A DNA stretch of 50,286 bases from a virus (lineage: Duplodnaviria > Caudoviricetes), in IMG/VR virus record IMGVR_UViG_3300020043_006108, positions 1 to 50,286 of that record, one strand, 5' to 3'. Under the pieces are notes generated by a model. It saw nothing but the letters and a program-made list of their open reading frames with translations, was not told the origin of the DNA and did no database searches. Shown here in pieces: positions 17,257-27,881 of this stretch (position 1 is its first letter; every line of letters begins with the position of its first letter). Made by a program: the position numbers and the translations under genes.

Positions 17257-17625
17257 ATGAGCGACACCATAACAGTAACCGACAACCACGCCCAATTAGA
17301 TTGGACTTTCAAACGGGGTGATACCTTTTTGGAAGAGTTCGCTATTGAGGAAGAAAACGTGGATACGGGAGAAATGGAACCTGTTGATCTTGACGGCTCT
17401 ACCTTTTCCGCTCCTATCGTGGACAATCGCGGCACGGTACTGGCAACGCTCACGTTGGGTTCAGGCATTACCGTTTTCGGAGACGACAACAATAAGTTGA
17501 GACTTCACGTAGTTGCCGCAACGACCGCCGGATGGACTGCCAGTTGCCCCGTTACGCTTACTTTGGTTTGGACGCGCCCGACGACACCCGTAATTGTGAA
17601 AACTATAATTGTGGCTAAATTATGA
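17257..17625 (+). CDS. Virion Ig-like/BppU-N-like protein
   Basis: RGDTF...PVDLDGSTF beta-rich pattern. Confidence 0.55.
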   Translation: MSDTITVTDNHAQLDWTFKRGDTFLEEFAIEEENVDTGEMEPVDLDGSTFSAPIVDNRGTVLATLTLGSGITVFGDDNNKLRLHVVAATTAGWTASCPVTLTLVWTRPTTPVIVKTIIVAKL

Positions 17626-17858
17626 GTTGCGAACAAGTTTTGCGGATGTCGAAGCCTCAATTGATTTTGCGGTTTCCGAAGTGCTTTTCTCCGACACCGG
17701 CGGATTTCAAGGCCTATTTTGATTCGCTTCCAGCCTGCTTGAATGATACCGATGCGCGGGATAACTTCAATCTTGACACACACGATTTATATTGGTTTGC
17801 CGAATTAACGGACACCGGAATTTATGACGTACTAAAAAGGGTTTCGCCACTCACATGA
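17622..17858 (+). CDS. Hypothetical protein
   Basis: ATGA overlaps on both sides. Confidence 0.65.
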   Translation: MSCEQVLRMSKPQLILRFPKCFSPTPADFKAYFDSLPACLNDTDARDNFNLDTHDLYWFAELTDTGIYDVLKRVSPLT

Positions 17859-20800
17859 AAAAATTACTATTCCTTTTGCTTCTCATCCCGTTTTTAGGGA
17901 CCTCGCAAGGAACATTTACGGCTCCGGTTGGCTATAATACCGGGGCGCCTACTGCCGCGCCTTCGGGTGTTGGCACGCGCTGGCGTTTTGACCTGCTGAC
18001 AGGCAAAAAATACACCTGGAATCCAGACGCGGTGGCATGGGATGAAGACCCGCGCGGCATAGATCAGATTTCGGGATGCTCGGCACCGATGTACACGCCT
18101 GGTTATAATCAGTCCACGTTCGCGGTAAATTCATGCTCCACACCTGAACTATACCAATATTATTCGAGCGCATGGCACTGTCTGAATTGTGGCGGCGGTA
18201 GTACCGGGCCGCAAGGTCCTCCAGGCCCAAGTGGTCCCACAGGCGCAACAGGCCCGCAAGGCCCGATTGGGTTAACGGGCCCGGCTGGCGATACAGGCGC
18301 GACAGGTCCGCAAGGTCCGATTGGGTTAACCGGTCCTACAGGTGCGACAGGTCCACAAGGCCCGATTGGGTTAACCGGTCCTACAGGTGCGACAGGTCCG
18401 CAAGGCCCGATTGGTTTGACCGGTCCTACAGGTGCAGCCGGCGCGACAGGTCCGCAAGGCCCGATTGGTTTAACAGGCGATACAGGCGCGACAGGTCCGC
18501 AAGGCCCGATTGGTTTAACCGGTCCTACAGGTGCTACAGGTCCGCAAGGTCCGATTGGGTTAACCGGCCCCGCAGGTGCAACGGGTGCTACAGGCCCGCA
18601 AGGCTTGACCGGCGATACGGGCGCTACGGGCCCGCAAGGCCCCATTGGATTGACCGGCCCCGCAGGCCCGCAAGGTCCGGCAGGCACTTCAGGCTCCTAT
18701 ACCGCCGGTTCGGGCATTACGATCACCGGAGCCGCGCCTGACATTACAATAAGCGCGGATGACAATAGCCCGACCAACGAACTACAAACCCTTTCCATTG
18801 ACGGCAACGATTTGACGCTGAGTGATGGGGGTGGTACGGTAACACTTCCTTCCAGTGTCGGCGGCGGGTCGATTCAAATGGATAACTACAGGCTGCCCGC
18901 CACGAATGCGAAAATCCCTGCAACGGGGCTTAACGCTAACGAATCAGTTGCTAATTATAATTTCGCTGCAATCAACCCAAATCAATATAAGTTTTCATCT
19001 GCCCCATACGGCACGGGAAACACAGATTACGGCGGCTGGCTGGCAAATGGTACATCGGGCGATAGTGTTGCGGTATCCGCGCCGTTTTGGGTTGTGATTG
19101 GAGACAGTCAAGCAGAAGGCTATCCGGGGCGGCATGGGCGGCTGCATAGCGACGGGTCCGGTGTTGTTAATCTGAATCTTGCTGACCTGCCTGGGCAGTT
19201 GTCGTACACCTTAGCACGCCTTACTAATATGAGGTGGTACAATCATGGCATCGGGGGCGAAACATCTACACAAGTATGGGCAAGATGGAGGCGCGATGCC
19301 CTAGCCGAAACCTTCAATCCTGGAGACGGGAAAGGGTCGAAGACGCTGCAACGTCGCCCTTTCGGTGTGGTAGTTGTGGTAGGCGTTAACGATTTTTTTG
19401 GAGGCGCTACGCATGTTGCTGTCGTTGAGTCTAATTTACTCCGCATGGCTCGTTCTGCACGTGATAATGGTATGCAGTGCGTGTTTCTTAATTGCCCAGG
19501 ACAAGAAGTCGCAACTGCAACTCAAGTAAGGCAGATTGATTCGCTCAATGTTTTTTTTGCAGGCGGCGAATTGCAGGCGCTTGGCGCAGCGGTAGTAGAT
19601 TATAATGCCTGGTGGCGCGATGCAAGTTACAATGACAACATTCACGGCAACGCATTGATAACGGATGATACTCACCCCTCGCAAGATGGATATGACTCGC
19701 TCGCTGTCTATGTTTTCAAGTCTGCGAAACTGCCTGTACTTGATTCAGTTACGGTTTTTTCTGAAATATCTCCCGCTGGTTTTTCCGGATTTTCCCGACC
19801 TACAGGAATTACAATTCAGGGGAGGTCGTATACATTGACCGGCGCAGCCTCAACCGTTCCGATCATATCGCATCGTTTCCTTAGTGATTCGATTTGGTTA
19901 AAAATCAACTCATCCGCAAATGTTTCCGGCACTTCTTGTTCTGGCTTTTCACACATATTGTGGCACGTCAAAAATGATACGACTGGACTTGCTACACGCC
20001 GACCTGAAAGATACCAAGGCTTCCAAGGCGGCGGTGCTGAAATTACAGGCGGCGGGGGTGCCGGGCAGTTTGCTTATTTCACAGGTTCAGGTTACTTCGA
20101 TAACCAAACCGTATCAAGTTCTGGACTATTTCGGTTTAAGGGCAATAATAACATTTTTCTTTTCACAGGCATCGGGGCAGACCCATTGACGACGGGGCAG
20201 AACAATAATAATTTCGGTAATGGGGCGGGCCTTGTTATGACCGCAGCGTCTAACAACAACAATTTCGGTAATGGCGCGGGGGCTGCAATGACAACAGGAA
20301 CCAACTGTAACAATTTTGGAGAACTTGCGGGTAATAAAATAACTACGGCAAGCGGTAATAATAATTTTGGGCCAAGCGCTGGCGCTTCACTTATTGGAGG
20401 TTCAAGCAATAACAACTTTGGAGTAAGAGCTGGATGGGCCGGTGTTTCTTGCGTTGGCGTTAATAATTTCGGCTATGAAGCCGGGTTAAACAGTACGGCC
20501 AACTTCGTTACTAACATAGGGTATCAAGCCGGACTAGGTAATACTAGCGGCGTAGACGTAATAAACATAGGCACACAAGCGGGGAATACAACAACAACCG
20601 GCTCCAATCTGATAATGATAGGCCGCACCGCGCAAGCGAGTAGCGCGTCTGCTTCTAACGAGTTAAATTTCGGCAATATTCTTTTTGGAACAGGCGTAAC
20701 ACCTACTCGCGCTACCGGCTTGTCGTCTGGGAAAATTGGCATAGGTACGCCCGCTCCGGCAGCATCTTCGATCCTGGACTTAACATCTACGACAGCCGGG

Positions 20801-20953
20801 CTGCTGCCGCCCCGAATGACCACCGCCCAAAGAAACGCAATAGCAAGCCCCGCAACCGGGCTCACGCTTTACTGTACAGACTGTACGGCAACAGATACAA
20901 GCACAGGGGTTATGCAAACGTATAACGGCGCAAACTGGAAAAACAACTGGTAA
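17855..20953 (+). CDS. Fibre/adhesin-like protein: signal peptide, collagen repeat, SGNH hydrolase, Asn/Gly repeats
   Basis: [17 protein letters not shown]|Q; Gly-X-Y tract; GDSQ..GIGG..GVND..DDTHP; NNNFG repeats; C-terminal [19 protein letters not shown] domain. Confidence 0.85.
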   Translation: MKKLLFLLLLIPFLGTSQGTFTAPVGYNTGAPTAAPSGVGTRWRFDLLTGKKYTWNPDAVAWDEDPRGIDQISGCSAPMYTPGYNQSTFAVNSCSTPELYQYYSSAWHCLNCGGGSTGPQGPPGPSGPTGATGPQGPIGLTGPAGDTGATGPQGPIGLTGPTGATGPQGPIGLTGPTGATGPQGPIGLTGPTGAAGATGPQGPIGLTGDTGATGPQGPIGLTGPTGATGPQGPIGLTGPAGATGATGPQGLTGDTGATGPQGPIGLTGPAGPQGPAGTSGSYTAGSGITITGAAPDITISADDNSPTNELQTLSIDGNDLTLSDGGGTVTLPSSVGGGSIQMDNYRLPATNAKIPATGLNANESVANYNFAAINPNQYKFSSAPYGTGNTDYGGWLANGTSGDSVAVSAPFWVVIGDSQAEGYPGRHGRLHSDGSGVVNLNLADLPGQLSYTLARLTNMRWYNHGIGGETSTQVWARWRRDALAETFNPGDGKGSKTLQRRPFGVVVVVGVNDFFGGATHVAVVESNLLRMARSARDNGMQCVFLNCPGQEVATATQVRQIDSLNVFFAGGELQALGAAVVDYNAWWRDASYNDNIHGNALITDDTHPSQDGYDSLAVYVFKSAKLPVLDSVTVFSEISPAGFSGFSRPTGITIQGRSYTLTGAASTVPIISHRFLSDSIWLKINSSANVSGTSCSGFSHILWHVKNDTTGLATRRPERYQGFQGGGAEITGGGGAGQFAYFTGSGYFDNQTVSSSGLFRFKGNNNIFLFTGIGADPLTTGQNNNNFGNGAGLVMTAASNNNNFGNGAGAAMTTGTNCNNFGELAGNKITTASGNNNFGPSAGASLIGGSSNNNFGVRAGWAGVSCVGVNNFGYEAGLNSTANFVTNIGYQAGLGNTSGVDVINIGTQAGNTTTTGSNLIMIGRTAQASSASASNELNFGNILFGTGVTPTRATGLSSGKIGIGTPAPAASSILDLTSTTAGLLPPRMTTAQRNAIASPATGLTLYCTDCTATDTSTGVMQTYNGANWKNNW
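18202..18690 (+). repeat. Collagen-like coding repeat (unit ~[15 protein letters not shown], 45 nt)
   Basis: About 10 imperfect tandem copies. Confidence 0.9.
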
Positions 20954-21513
20954 TGGGAAAACTACTCTGCATACTCGCTTCCTTACTCGCTTGCCTTTCG
21001 CTGAACGCGCAAAACCCATGCGCAGGCTGTTGGGGTAAAAACGACACGTCCGCAACCCTCACAACACAGGACAAAAAAACGCTTCGCCTGTACTCCAAAC
21101 TGCAATGGTACGACTTTTCAACCTATCGCTTTAAGGGCAGCGGTAAACGCGCCGTGTGGATTTCGTATGCAATTGCCGGTATTCTGCACGGCGGGCGCGA
21201 AGCGTACCACGCCGAACCAACGGCGTTTGAAAAGCGATTCAATGCAGCGCCTCAATCATGGTTTGGCAGTGAACAATGGAAGCGCCAATACTACAACCGT
21301 GACCCCGAAAACATGCCGCACAAGCCAAATATATGGAACCCCCTGAGGGACTATTACCACTTTTCAGGCACAGGAACCAAATACCTGTTGATTGGTGGCG
21401 CGGTAACTATTGGAGCGAGTAAGCAGCCGACAAAATACAAGATCGTTGACACGCTGATAGCCTTCGCAGGATTCAGCGCAACCGCATCACTGACATACAC
21501 CCTGCTTCGATGA
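20953..21513 (+). CDS. Signal-peptide-bearing membrane-associated protein
   Basis: LACLSLNA|Q; WFG..QWKR.Y.N.DP...DYYHF; hydrophobic C-terminus. Confidence 0.75.
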   Translation: MGKLLCILASLLACLSLNAQNPCAGCWGKNDTSATLTTQDKKTLRLYSKLQWYDFSTYRFKGSGKRAVWISYAIAGILHGGREAYHAEPTAFEKRFNAAPQSWFGSEQWKRQYYNRDPENMPHKPNIWNPLRDYYHFSGTGTKYLLIGGAVTIGASKQPTKYKIVDTLIAFAGFSATASLTYTLLR

Positions 21514-21776
21514 AAGCGCAGCACTGGACATTGATACTGCTTTCCATCCTGATTGCGCTTATGGTGGCGGGATGGGGCCGCGTTGTCGAGTGGTGGGCCG
21601 ATATGTCGCCCGCATGGAAAGTTGGCGTGTTCCTGTTTTGTTGGTCGCTGGCAATCCTGATCGGGTTTAGAAACGGGCTATACTACGCGCTTGCAGCGGT
21701 TATTGCTGGAGTGGTTTTCATATTTGCGCAAATCTGGATTGTGGGCAATAAAATGATGGATGAATGGGAGCAATAA
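21510..21776 (+). CDS. Small 3-TM membrane protein
   Basis: Three hydrophobic segments; ATGA overlap. Confidence 0.7.
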   Translation: MKAQHWTLILLSILIALMVAGWGRVVEWWADMSPAWKVGVFLFCWSLAILIGFRNGLYYALAAVIAGVVFIFAQIWIVGNKMMDEWEQ

Positions 21777-22198
21777 CAGGAACAAACGGGACAGTAACGA
21801 GAACTTTTACCTGTGCGCAGTACGCGCTTTTGGGCGGTTCTTTGCCCTCCGGGTTTACGATAACCGAAAACACTTGTGGTATTTACCTGAATCTTTTACG
21901 CAGCCCGTTTGCATCGTTTGGATTGGAGTTGTCAGGTACTGCACTGCCGGGATCGTGGTACACATACGAAGCGGTTATAGCACTTGACAAGGTAGAAATA
22001 CCAACGGACGTGTTCACGCTACCCTCAAAGCCTGATAATGTGATGGTGATCGTAAGGCGGCAAAACTACCACCCCGACGTTCCGGGAGATGAGCGGGATT
22101 TTTTAGTCAACACAGTGGGCAATAGTATTGATTTTCACGTAAGCGGAACAAAGCCAAGCCTGAACGGCCAAACCGCGTATATAAGAGTGTTCAAATGA
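21764..22198 (+). CDS. Hypothetical beta-rich virion-region protein
   Basis: Operon packing. Confidence 0.7.
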   Translation: MGAITGTNGTVTRTFTCAQYALLGGSLPSGFTITENTCGIYLNLLRSPFASFGLELSGTALPGSWYTYEAVIALDKVEIPTDVFTLPSKPDNVMVIVRRQNYHPDVPGDERDFLVNTVGNSIDFHVSGTKPSLNGQTAYIRVFK

Positions 22199-24678
22199 GG
22201 TTCATTTATCTTTTATTTCTCCTTCCATTTACCGCGTCGGCACAGTGCGACCCGGAAGGTATTTTGCTGGAATTGCAGGCAACAACCGACCTTAACGGGT
22301 TGCTTTTCGGCGAAACGGGCTGTATTGAGGCGGTAACGATTGGAAGCCCGCTGACATTCACGGGCGGAACGCTGGATATCACTACCGGCAACCTGACGGC
22401 AGGAAGCACAAAGATTGCTGTAACGGGCGGCACTGGCGCAGTAATCGGTTCGGGTTCGACGGTTGATGTGGTTCCGGGAAACATCCTACTTTCAACATTG
22501 GGCGGAACGTTGAATTTGTCGCAGATCAACCAGGGCGGGGCAACGCTTAACCAGGTAATGCAGTGGAACGGTACAACGTGGGCACCGGCAACAGCTACAG
22601 CAACAACCGACCTTACCTTTTCCGGCGCATCATCCCCTGTCACGCTTAATTCATCCACCGGGACGGACGTGACGCACACGGCAGGCACCGGCATTTCGCT
22701 GACCGGCACTTCGTCAAACATGACAATCACCAACACCCTGCCGGACGTGACCGTTTCGCTGACTGGGGCAGGCATCAACGCCGTCACCGGAACCTACCCG
22801 AATTTCACCATCACTGGAACAGAAGCCGATGGTAGTGTAAGCAACGAAGGGTCGCTGACCGTAGGGGCCGGAACTTCTACAACTTCGATCATCAACAGCA
22901 ACACGTCAGGCTCTACCGGCGTAACCATAACGGCAGGCAGCGGCCTTACGATCAGCGAAACGGGCAACGTTATTACCCTGGCAAACAGCGCGCCCGATCA
23001 AACAGTCAGCATCACAGGTGCGGGCATCAACGCAGTGACCGGCACTTACCCTAACTTTACCATTACCGGCACTGAAGTAGACGGATCGGTGACGAACGAG
23101 GCGCAAACATTATCTACGTCCGGTACCACGTCCGGCATTCTAACGCTTTCAACGGCGGGCGGCGCGGGCGGTGGCACGGCGACAATCGCAGCCGGTACAG
23201 GTATAACCGTAGCACAGTCGGCAGGTACTATCACAATCACAAATTCAAGCCCTGCAACGGGTTCGGGTACCGTGACAAGTGTAGGGCTTACCATGCCTTC
23301 CGGTTTTTCGGTCGGCTCTTCACCCGTCACAACATCGGGAACAATCGCCGTCACAACTACCCTGAACGGCCCTTTGCGCGGCAATGGATCGGGATTCACA
23401 ACGGGTAATACCTCGCTCACATCGGAGGTTTCCGGCATTCTGCCTATTGCGAACGGCGGCACCAATTTGTCTGCACTTGGTACTGCAAATCAACTACTCC
23501 GGGTTAATTCAGGCGCAACGGCACTGGAATACTTCACGCCTTCTTTCCTGACCGGCAACCAGACCATCACACTAAGCGGCGATGTAACCGGATCGGGTAC
23601 AACAGCGATCACAACAACCATTGCCAACAACGCGGTCACGGTCGCAAAAATGCAGACACTTGCCGGGCTTTCCGTGTTGGGCAGATCGGCGAACTCGACA
23701 GGCAACATGGCCGCGATAACCGGCACGGCAGCAAACCAGTATTTGCGGGTCAATTCGGGCGGTACGGCGCTGGAATGGGGGACAATTACCGCTGTGACAG
23801 GATCGGGCGCGGCGGGGCAGGGAACGTACTGGACTGGAACGAATACGGTTGCAGGTAGTGCCGCATACTTGGTTGACGTGACCAATGGCAGAATCCAGTT
23901 AAACACAACCGGGTCGGCAGTAACACCAACCGCGCATTATGAGGCAAGGGTCACATCTGGTACAAATGATGAAATGTTCCGGTTTGTCGGCAACGTGGCG
24001 GAGGTTTTGGGAATACTCCGAAACGACAGGAATGTATCGGGGGCAGGGTCGTCTGTATTTGAGGCGCAGGTTGGCGGCGCGAATGCCGGAGACCCATACA
24101 CGCGCTACACGGTAAACGGGCTTAATCAATGGGTTGTCGGTATAGATAACAGCGATGGCGATGCATTTCGCATACTAAACCAGGCGAATCCATCAAGCGG
24201 ATCTGTTGGAGGCGAGGGCGTCAGGATTCAGACCGGCGTCACGACAAAGGTGGGCATAAATAAAACCGCAGCCATTGAAGTAATGGATGTGGGCGGGAAC
24301 GTCCGGGGTGAGATGTTTAAAAACGTTTCCACAACCGGCGCAATCGGCACGTACACAACCGGCGCGGGGGCTGGATCGGGCGCGTCAATTAATGCAGGAA
24401 ACTCGCTATGGTTTGGCAATGGCGGGTTTGTCACATTCACAACTGGATCATCCCCGACGGCGAATGCAACAGTAATAACCATGACGCCAGTTTCCACGCA
24501 CGACATATTGCAGGGGGCTATCGATGTTTTTCCGCGCAACCAGGCAGCCGCAGACGCGGTAATATCAAGCACGTTTTATGGCTCGGTAGATATTTCAGGT
24601 GTTGTCACAATCACGTATCGCGGCACTCTTGCCGCAGGTACATATTCACTCAATATTTTATTACTTGGAAGAGGATGA
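22195..24678 (+). CDS. Gly/Thr-rich fibre-like protein with signal peptide
   Basis: MRFIYLLFLLPFTASA|Q; GTVTSVGL and LPIANGGT fibre motifs; internal duplication PD.TVS.TGAGINAVTGTYPNFTITGTE.DGSV.NE. Confidence 0.85.
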   Translation: MRFIYLLFLLPFTASAQCDPEGILLELQATTDLNGLLFGETGCIEAVTIGSPLTFTGGTLDITTGNLTAGSTKIAVTGGTGAVIGSGSTVDVVPGNILLSTLGGTLNLSQINQGGATLNQVMQWNGTTWAPATATATTDLTFSGASSPVTLNSSTGTDVTHTAGTGISLTGTSSNMTITNTLPDVTVSLTGAGINAVTGTYPNFTITGTEADGSVSNEGSLTVGAGTSTTSIINSNTSGSTGVTITAGSGLTISETGNVITLANSAPDQTVSITGAGINAVTGTYPNFTITGTEVDGSVTNEAQTLSTSGTTSGILTLSTAGGAGGGTATIAAGTGITVAQSAGTITITNSSPATGSGTVTSVGLTMPSGFSVGSSPVTTSGTIAVTTTLNGPLRGNGSGFTTGNTSLTSEVSGILPIANGGTNLSALGTANQLLRVNSGATALEYFTPSFLTGNQTITLSGDVTGSGTTAITTTIANNAVTVAKMQTLAGLSVLGRSANSTGNMAAITGTAANQYLRVNSGGTALEWGTITAVTGSGAAGQGTYWTGTNTVAGSAAYLVDVTNGRIQLNTTGSAVTPTAHYEARVTSGTNDEMFRFVGNVAEVLGILRNDRNVSGAGSSVFEAQVGGANAGDPYTRYTVNGLNQWVVGIDNSDGDAFRILNQANPSSGSVGGEGVRIQTGVTTKVGINKTAAIEVMDVGGNVRGEMFKNVSTTGAIGTYTTGAGAGSGASINAGNSLWFGNGGFVTFTTGSSPTANATVITMTPVSTHDILQGAIDVFPRNQAAADAVISSTFYGSVDISGVVTITYRGTLAAGTYSLNILLLGRG

Positions 24679-24989
24679 TAACAGTAGCAGACGGCCCAAT
24701 CGTAACGGGCATTACAGACGACGCAAAACGCACGTTCGATGCCGACACGGTGACGTATGAATGTGAATTGAACGGTGAAACGGGGAACCTGACCGCGTTC
24801 GTGTCATTCATCGACGTGGACGGAAAGAACCTGATTCGCTATCGCGGCCCCGAATACGGGCCAACCGATATAACAATGGGTTCCGAATCGGTCACAAATC
24901 CAAATACCATTTTTCGTAGGGAGTTGGAAAAGGCCGTGAAGTCGTACCTGGAAACCGCAAACCCAACCGCAACATTCACAATCGTATGA
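24675..24989 (+). CDS. Hypothetical protein (MITVADGP...)
   Basis: Start reassigned to the ATGA overlap at 24675. Confidence 0.7.
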   Translation: MITVADGPIVTGITDDAKRTFDADTVTYECELNGETGNLTAFVSFIDVDGKNLIRYRGPEYGPTDITMGSESVTNPNTIFRRELEKAVKSYLETANPTATFTIV

Positions 24990-25300
24990 AAAAAACAGCC
25001 AAAACCTTTTTACTGCTTCTATTATCCGCACCCTGTTTTTCGCAGGTCACGTACATAGTTGAGCGATTGAAACCGGATAGTATTTTTCTGACTGAAAAGA
25101 TTATATCCCCTATTCAGGGGAGTCCACGGCAACAGGAAATCAGCACTTCGGTACTACTGAAAAGCGAATCAGACCTACAAAAAGTATTGGACGGATTGAT
25201 TTCCGAAGGAGAAAAAGCGGCGCAGGAATTTCAGCAAATCCAGGCGCGTACACAGATGATTTTGAACAAAGCGAACGCCGCGAAGAAAGTAAAGCAATGA
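24986..25300 (+). CDS. Signal-peptide-bearing coiled-coil protein
   Basis: TFLLLLLSAPCFS|Q; helical C-terminus. Confidence 0.7.
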   Translation: MKKTAKTFLLLLLSAPCFSQVTYIVERLKPDSIFLTEKIISPIQGSPRQQEISTSVLLKSESDLQKVLDGLISEGEKAAQEFQQIQARTQMILNKANAAKKVKQ

Positions 25301-25566
25301 AGCATCAACAGCACGTCCTTTTCTTACACGAAATCATCCGACGAAACGCATCTACACAAATGATGTTTGCATTCGTTCGGGGGGTGCTTTCGTGCAACCC
25401 TGACATGAAAATACCGGACGCGCTCAGGAAGTTTGAAACGGAATTTGGAATCGAGGATTTTGCGCTAAACTCCGCCGTGAGAACCTATTACAAAATGCTC
25501 GATGAATACCTAAACCAAAAACGAATATTCAATGACAAAACTAAAAGCGACGAACGCCGACGGTAG
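25297..25566 (+). CDS. Hypothetical protein, possible HTH regulator
   Basis: IPDALRKFETEFGIED...SAVRTYYKM helical pattern. Confidence 0.55.
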   Translation: MKHQQHVLFLHEIIRRNASTQMMFAFVRGVLSCNPDMKIPDALRKFETEFGIEDFALNSAVRTYYKMLDEYLNQKRIFNDKTKSDERRR

Positions 25567-25723
25567 AACTGGCGCGTTCACCCAAAAGCAATGGGATGCG
25601 ATGGGGAAAGATAAGGCCGGTTGGTCTTTGGATTCTGTTGATCCACCCGAAGAGGTTGTGAAAGACCTGAAAGAAAAACAACTCAAACGCGAATACAAAA
25701 AACATGACAAAACTAAAAATTAA
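25532..25723 (+). CDS. Small hypothetical protein (MTKLK family 1)
   Basis: Resembles the next ORF. Confidence 0.6.
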   Translation: MTKLKATNADGRTGAFTQKQWDAMGKDKAGWSLDSVDPPEEVVKDLKEKQLKREYKKHDKTKN

Positions 25724-25877
25724 GTACCTGCCCACCGGAGACATTTCCGAAGTAACCCCCGAACGTTGGGAGCGAATCAAAAACGGCGACTTCAAAGCCA
25801 ACTTCCAATTGATCGAAGCGCCGGTTGTTCCAAAAGAGGTTTCGGAAAGCCTGAAATCCAAAACAAACATTGCCTAA
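25704..25877 (+). CDS. Small hypothetical protein, 57 aa (MTKLKIKYLPTGD...TNIA; not in ORF track)
   Basis: First 15 nt identical to 25532 (ATGACAAAACTAAAA); T...W and P.EV motifs shared. Confidence 0.6.
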   Translation: MTKLKIKYLPTGDISEVTPERWERIKNGDFKANFQLIEAPVVPKEVSESLKSKTNIA

Positions 25878-25914
25878 AATTCATGTGCTACGGCACGAAA
25901 AAGCATCATTTTTG
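25871..25914 (+). promoter_or_regulatory. Putative late promoter TGCCTAAAATT-N25-CATTTTTG
   Basis: Same 11-mer at the same spacing as 35345-35388. Confidence 0.45.
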
Positions 25915-25916
25915 CT

Positions 25917-26819
25917 ATGACAGATAGAGAACTGTTACTTGCGTATTTAGGGGTTACGTTAAACCTCTCCCCTGACAGCATTGCGGAATCGCTGTATAAA
26001 AAATCCGATGACGGCACACAAACCGACGAAATCCAGGAAGGCGCTTTAGAGGCTTTAAAATCCCTCGACAAAGAGCGCATTACGAAGATCAAGCCCGACA
26101 CAAAAACATTCTTTGACAACGGCTACAAAAAAGCACAGGTCGAAATTTCGGAGAAATACGAAAAGATGATCCGTGAAAAGACCGGCGTTGACGACAATGA
26201 TTTAAAGGGCGAAGAACTTCTTTTGGCAGGGCTTGAAAAGGTCGCTAAACCAAAACTGGAAGACGATAAGGTTAAACTGCACCCCCTGTTTATTTCGAGA
26301 GAAAAGGAACTTCTCAAACTTGCGGAAGACCTGAAAGCGGAAGGCGTGAATGCGCTGGAAGATTTCAAAAGTCAGCAGAAAGCGCAAGAGGCCAGAAACC
26401 GCGCAAAAGAACGGGCATGGAGCATAGTAGAGGGGATGACCCCGATCATGCCAAAAGACCCGGAAATTGCAAGAGTGAGAAAAGAGGACTACTTAAGGGA
26501 GTTTGACGCCTACGATATTGAAGAGCCTGAAAAGGATGTATTTATTCCTATTCAGGGGGGGAAAAGAGTAGAAAACGAACAATTTCACGCGGTAGACTTC
26601 GACGCGCTCGCAAGGGAAAAGGCGCGGAAGCGGTTTGAGTTTCCGGTTCAAGAACCGAAAGGAAACGGCGGTAACCAAAATCAACCCGGACAACAACGAA
26701 CAGCGCCGGTCGGAAAGTGGGCAAGCAAAACAGAATTTGAGGATGCCTACTTCAAAGAAACCGACCGCGAAGTAAAGAGCAAAATGGCCGAAGAGTATTA
26801 CGGCTCTAACCTGAAATAA
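25917..26819 (+). CDS. Capsid scaffolding protein
   Basis: Charged coiled-coil protein with a G-rich linker, immediately before the capsid gene. Confidence 0.7.
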   Translation: MTDRELLLAYLGVTLNLSPDSIAESLYKKSDDGTQTDEIQEGALEALKSLDKERITKIKPDTKTFFDNGYKKAQVEISEKYEKMIREKTGVDDNDLKGEELLLAGLEKVAKPKLEDDKVKLHPLFISREKELLKLAEDLKAEGVNALEDFKSQQKAQEARNRAKERAWSIVEGMTPIMPKDPEIARVRKEDYLREFDAYDIEEPEKDVFIPIQGGKRVENEQFHAVDFDALAREKARKRFEFPVQEPKGNGGNQNQPGQQRTAPVGKWASKTEFEDAYFKETDREVKSKMAEEYYGSNLK

Positions 26820-26860
26820 GGAAGGGCGGTAAGGCGGAGGCGAAACAACAAACAAACACT

Positions 26861-27877
26861 ATGGCTATCACAGCATCCGTTTTACCGCTCCTTTTGGAGA
26901 GAATTGGCGGCGTTTGGCCCGACAATCAAAACAACGCCGATTTACTGGCAAATGTCGAAACCCTCAACGCGATTTACGAAAATCAGACTTCGCGTATCGA
27001 CACGATCATTTCAAACGAAAAAGACCGGGACGTTAAGGTAACGTGGGTGAAAGCCTGCCCCCCTACGCCGGTCGATTGCGTGGATTCCTGCACATTCGCC
27101 GGTACGGAAGCGGCCACCGATTCCAAAACATACGCTTTGAGCGTGTGCAAACAGGACGAGTTTAAGGTGGATATTGACGGCTGGTACAACAACGAATTTG
27201 AAGCCACCGACGCAACCGCCCGCCTTATGATGGCCTCCTTTGTAGGTTTTGCAGAACAGGCCGCACAGTACGCGGTAGGTCGCCTGAATGCCTATGCGGG
27301 AACAAACCTGTACAGCAACCGCAACGAGTGGAATATTGACGGAACAAATACCGAAATTCCGGCCCAGTATTGGGACTCTTCGCTTTTCGGAAAAATGCTC
27401 CGTGCTGCAAAGAAAAACAAACTGATGATGCCGTACCTTCTTTCGGGCGAACTGCTTGACCAGGAGTTTTTCATGTACCGCACAAGCCAGGCGAACGGCG
27501 AAGGCAAGGGCGATGCAAACCGTATCAATACGATGCGTACCTACTTCGACCTGTTCAACATCGACGAAGTCAACGACCCGGACTATGTGGCCTACATGAT
27601 TGCAAAAGGCGCCGTTGCCTTTGCATCCAAAGGCTACTACGATACCCGCCCGGAAGAAATCGGAGGCCGCGATGCGCACACCCGATTCTCTATTGCGAAT
27701 CCGTTTTTTCCGCCTCAGATCATCGACGTGCAAAAAACCACGCAATGCTCCGGCGGCCACACATACGAGCATTACAAAATGAAATCAAAATACGACGTGT
27801 TCCAAAACCCATTGGGTTGCGTAGCGGGAACAACCGGCGTTCTCAAGTTCACCCAAACACCTGCAAACGTAGTATAA
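26861..27877 (+). CDS. Major capsid protein
   Basis: 338 aa after the scaffold; A-rich leader AAACAAACACT-ATG; a terminator follows the next gene. Confidence 0.75.
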   Translation: MAITASVLPLLLERIGGVWPDNQNNADLLANVETLNAIYENQTSRIDTIISNEKDRDVKVTWVKACPPTPVDCVDSCTFAGTEAATDSKTYALSVCKQDEFKVDIDGWYNNEFEATDATARLMMASFVGFAEQAAQYAVGRLNAYAGTNLYSNRNEWNIDGTNTEIPAQYWDSSLFGKMLRAAKKNKLMMPYLLSGELLDQEFFMYRTSQANGEGKGDANRINTMRTYFDLFNIDEVNDPDYVAYMIAKGAVAFASKGYYDTRPEEIGGRDAHTRFSIANPFFPPQIIDVQKTTQCSGGHTYEHYKMKSKYDVFQNPLGCVAGTTGVLKFTQTPANVV

Positions 27878-27881
27878 CAAC

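Noticed and set aside
18160-18687. Minus-strand Pro/Gly repeat ORF and other long antisense ORFs (e.g. 22206-22787, 27011-27772)
   Set aside because: Shadows of repetitive or biased plus-strand genes.
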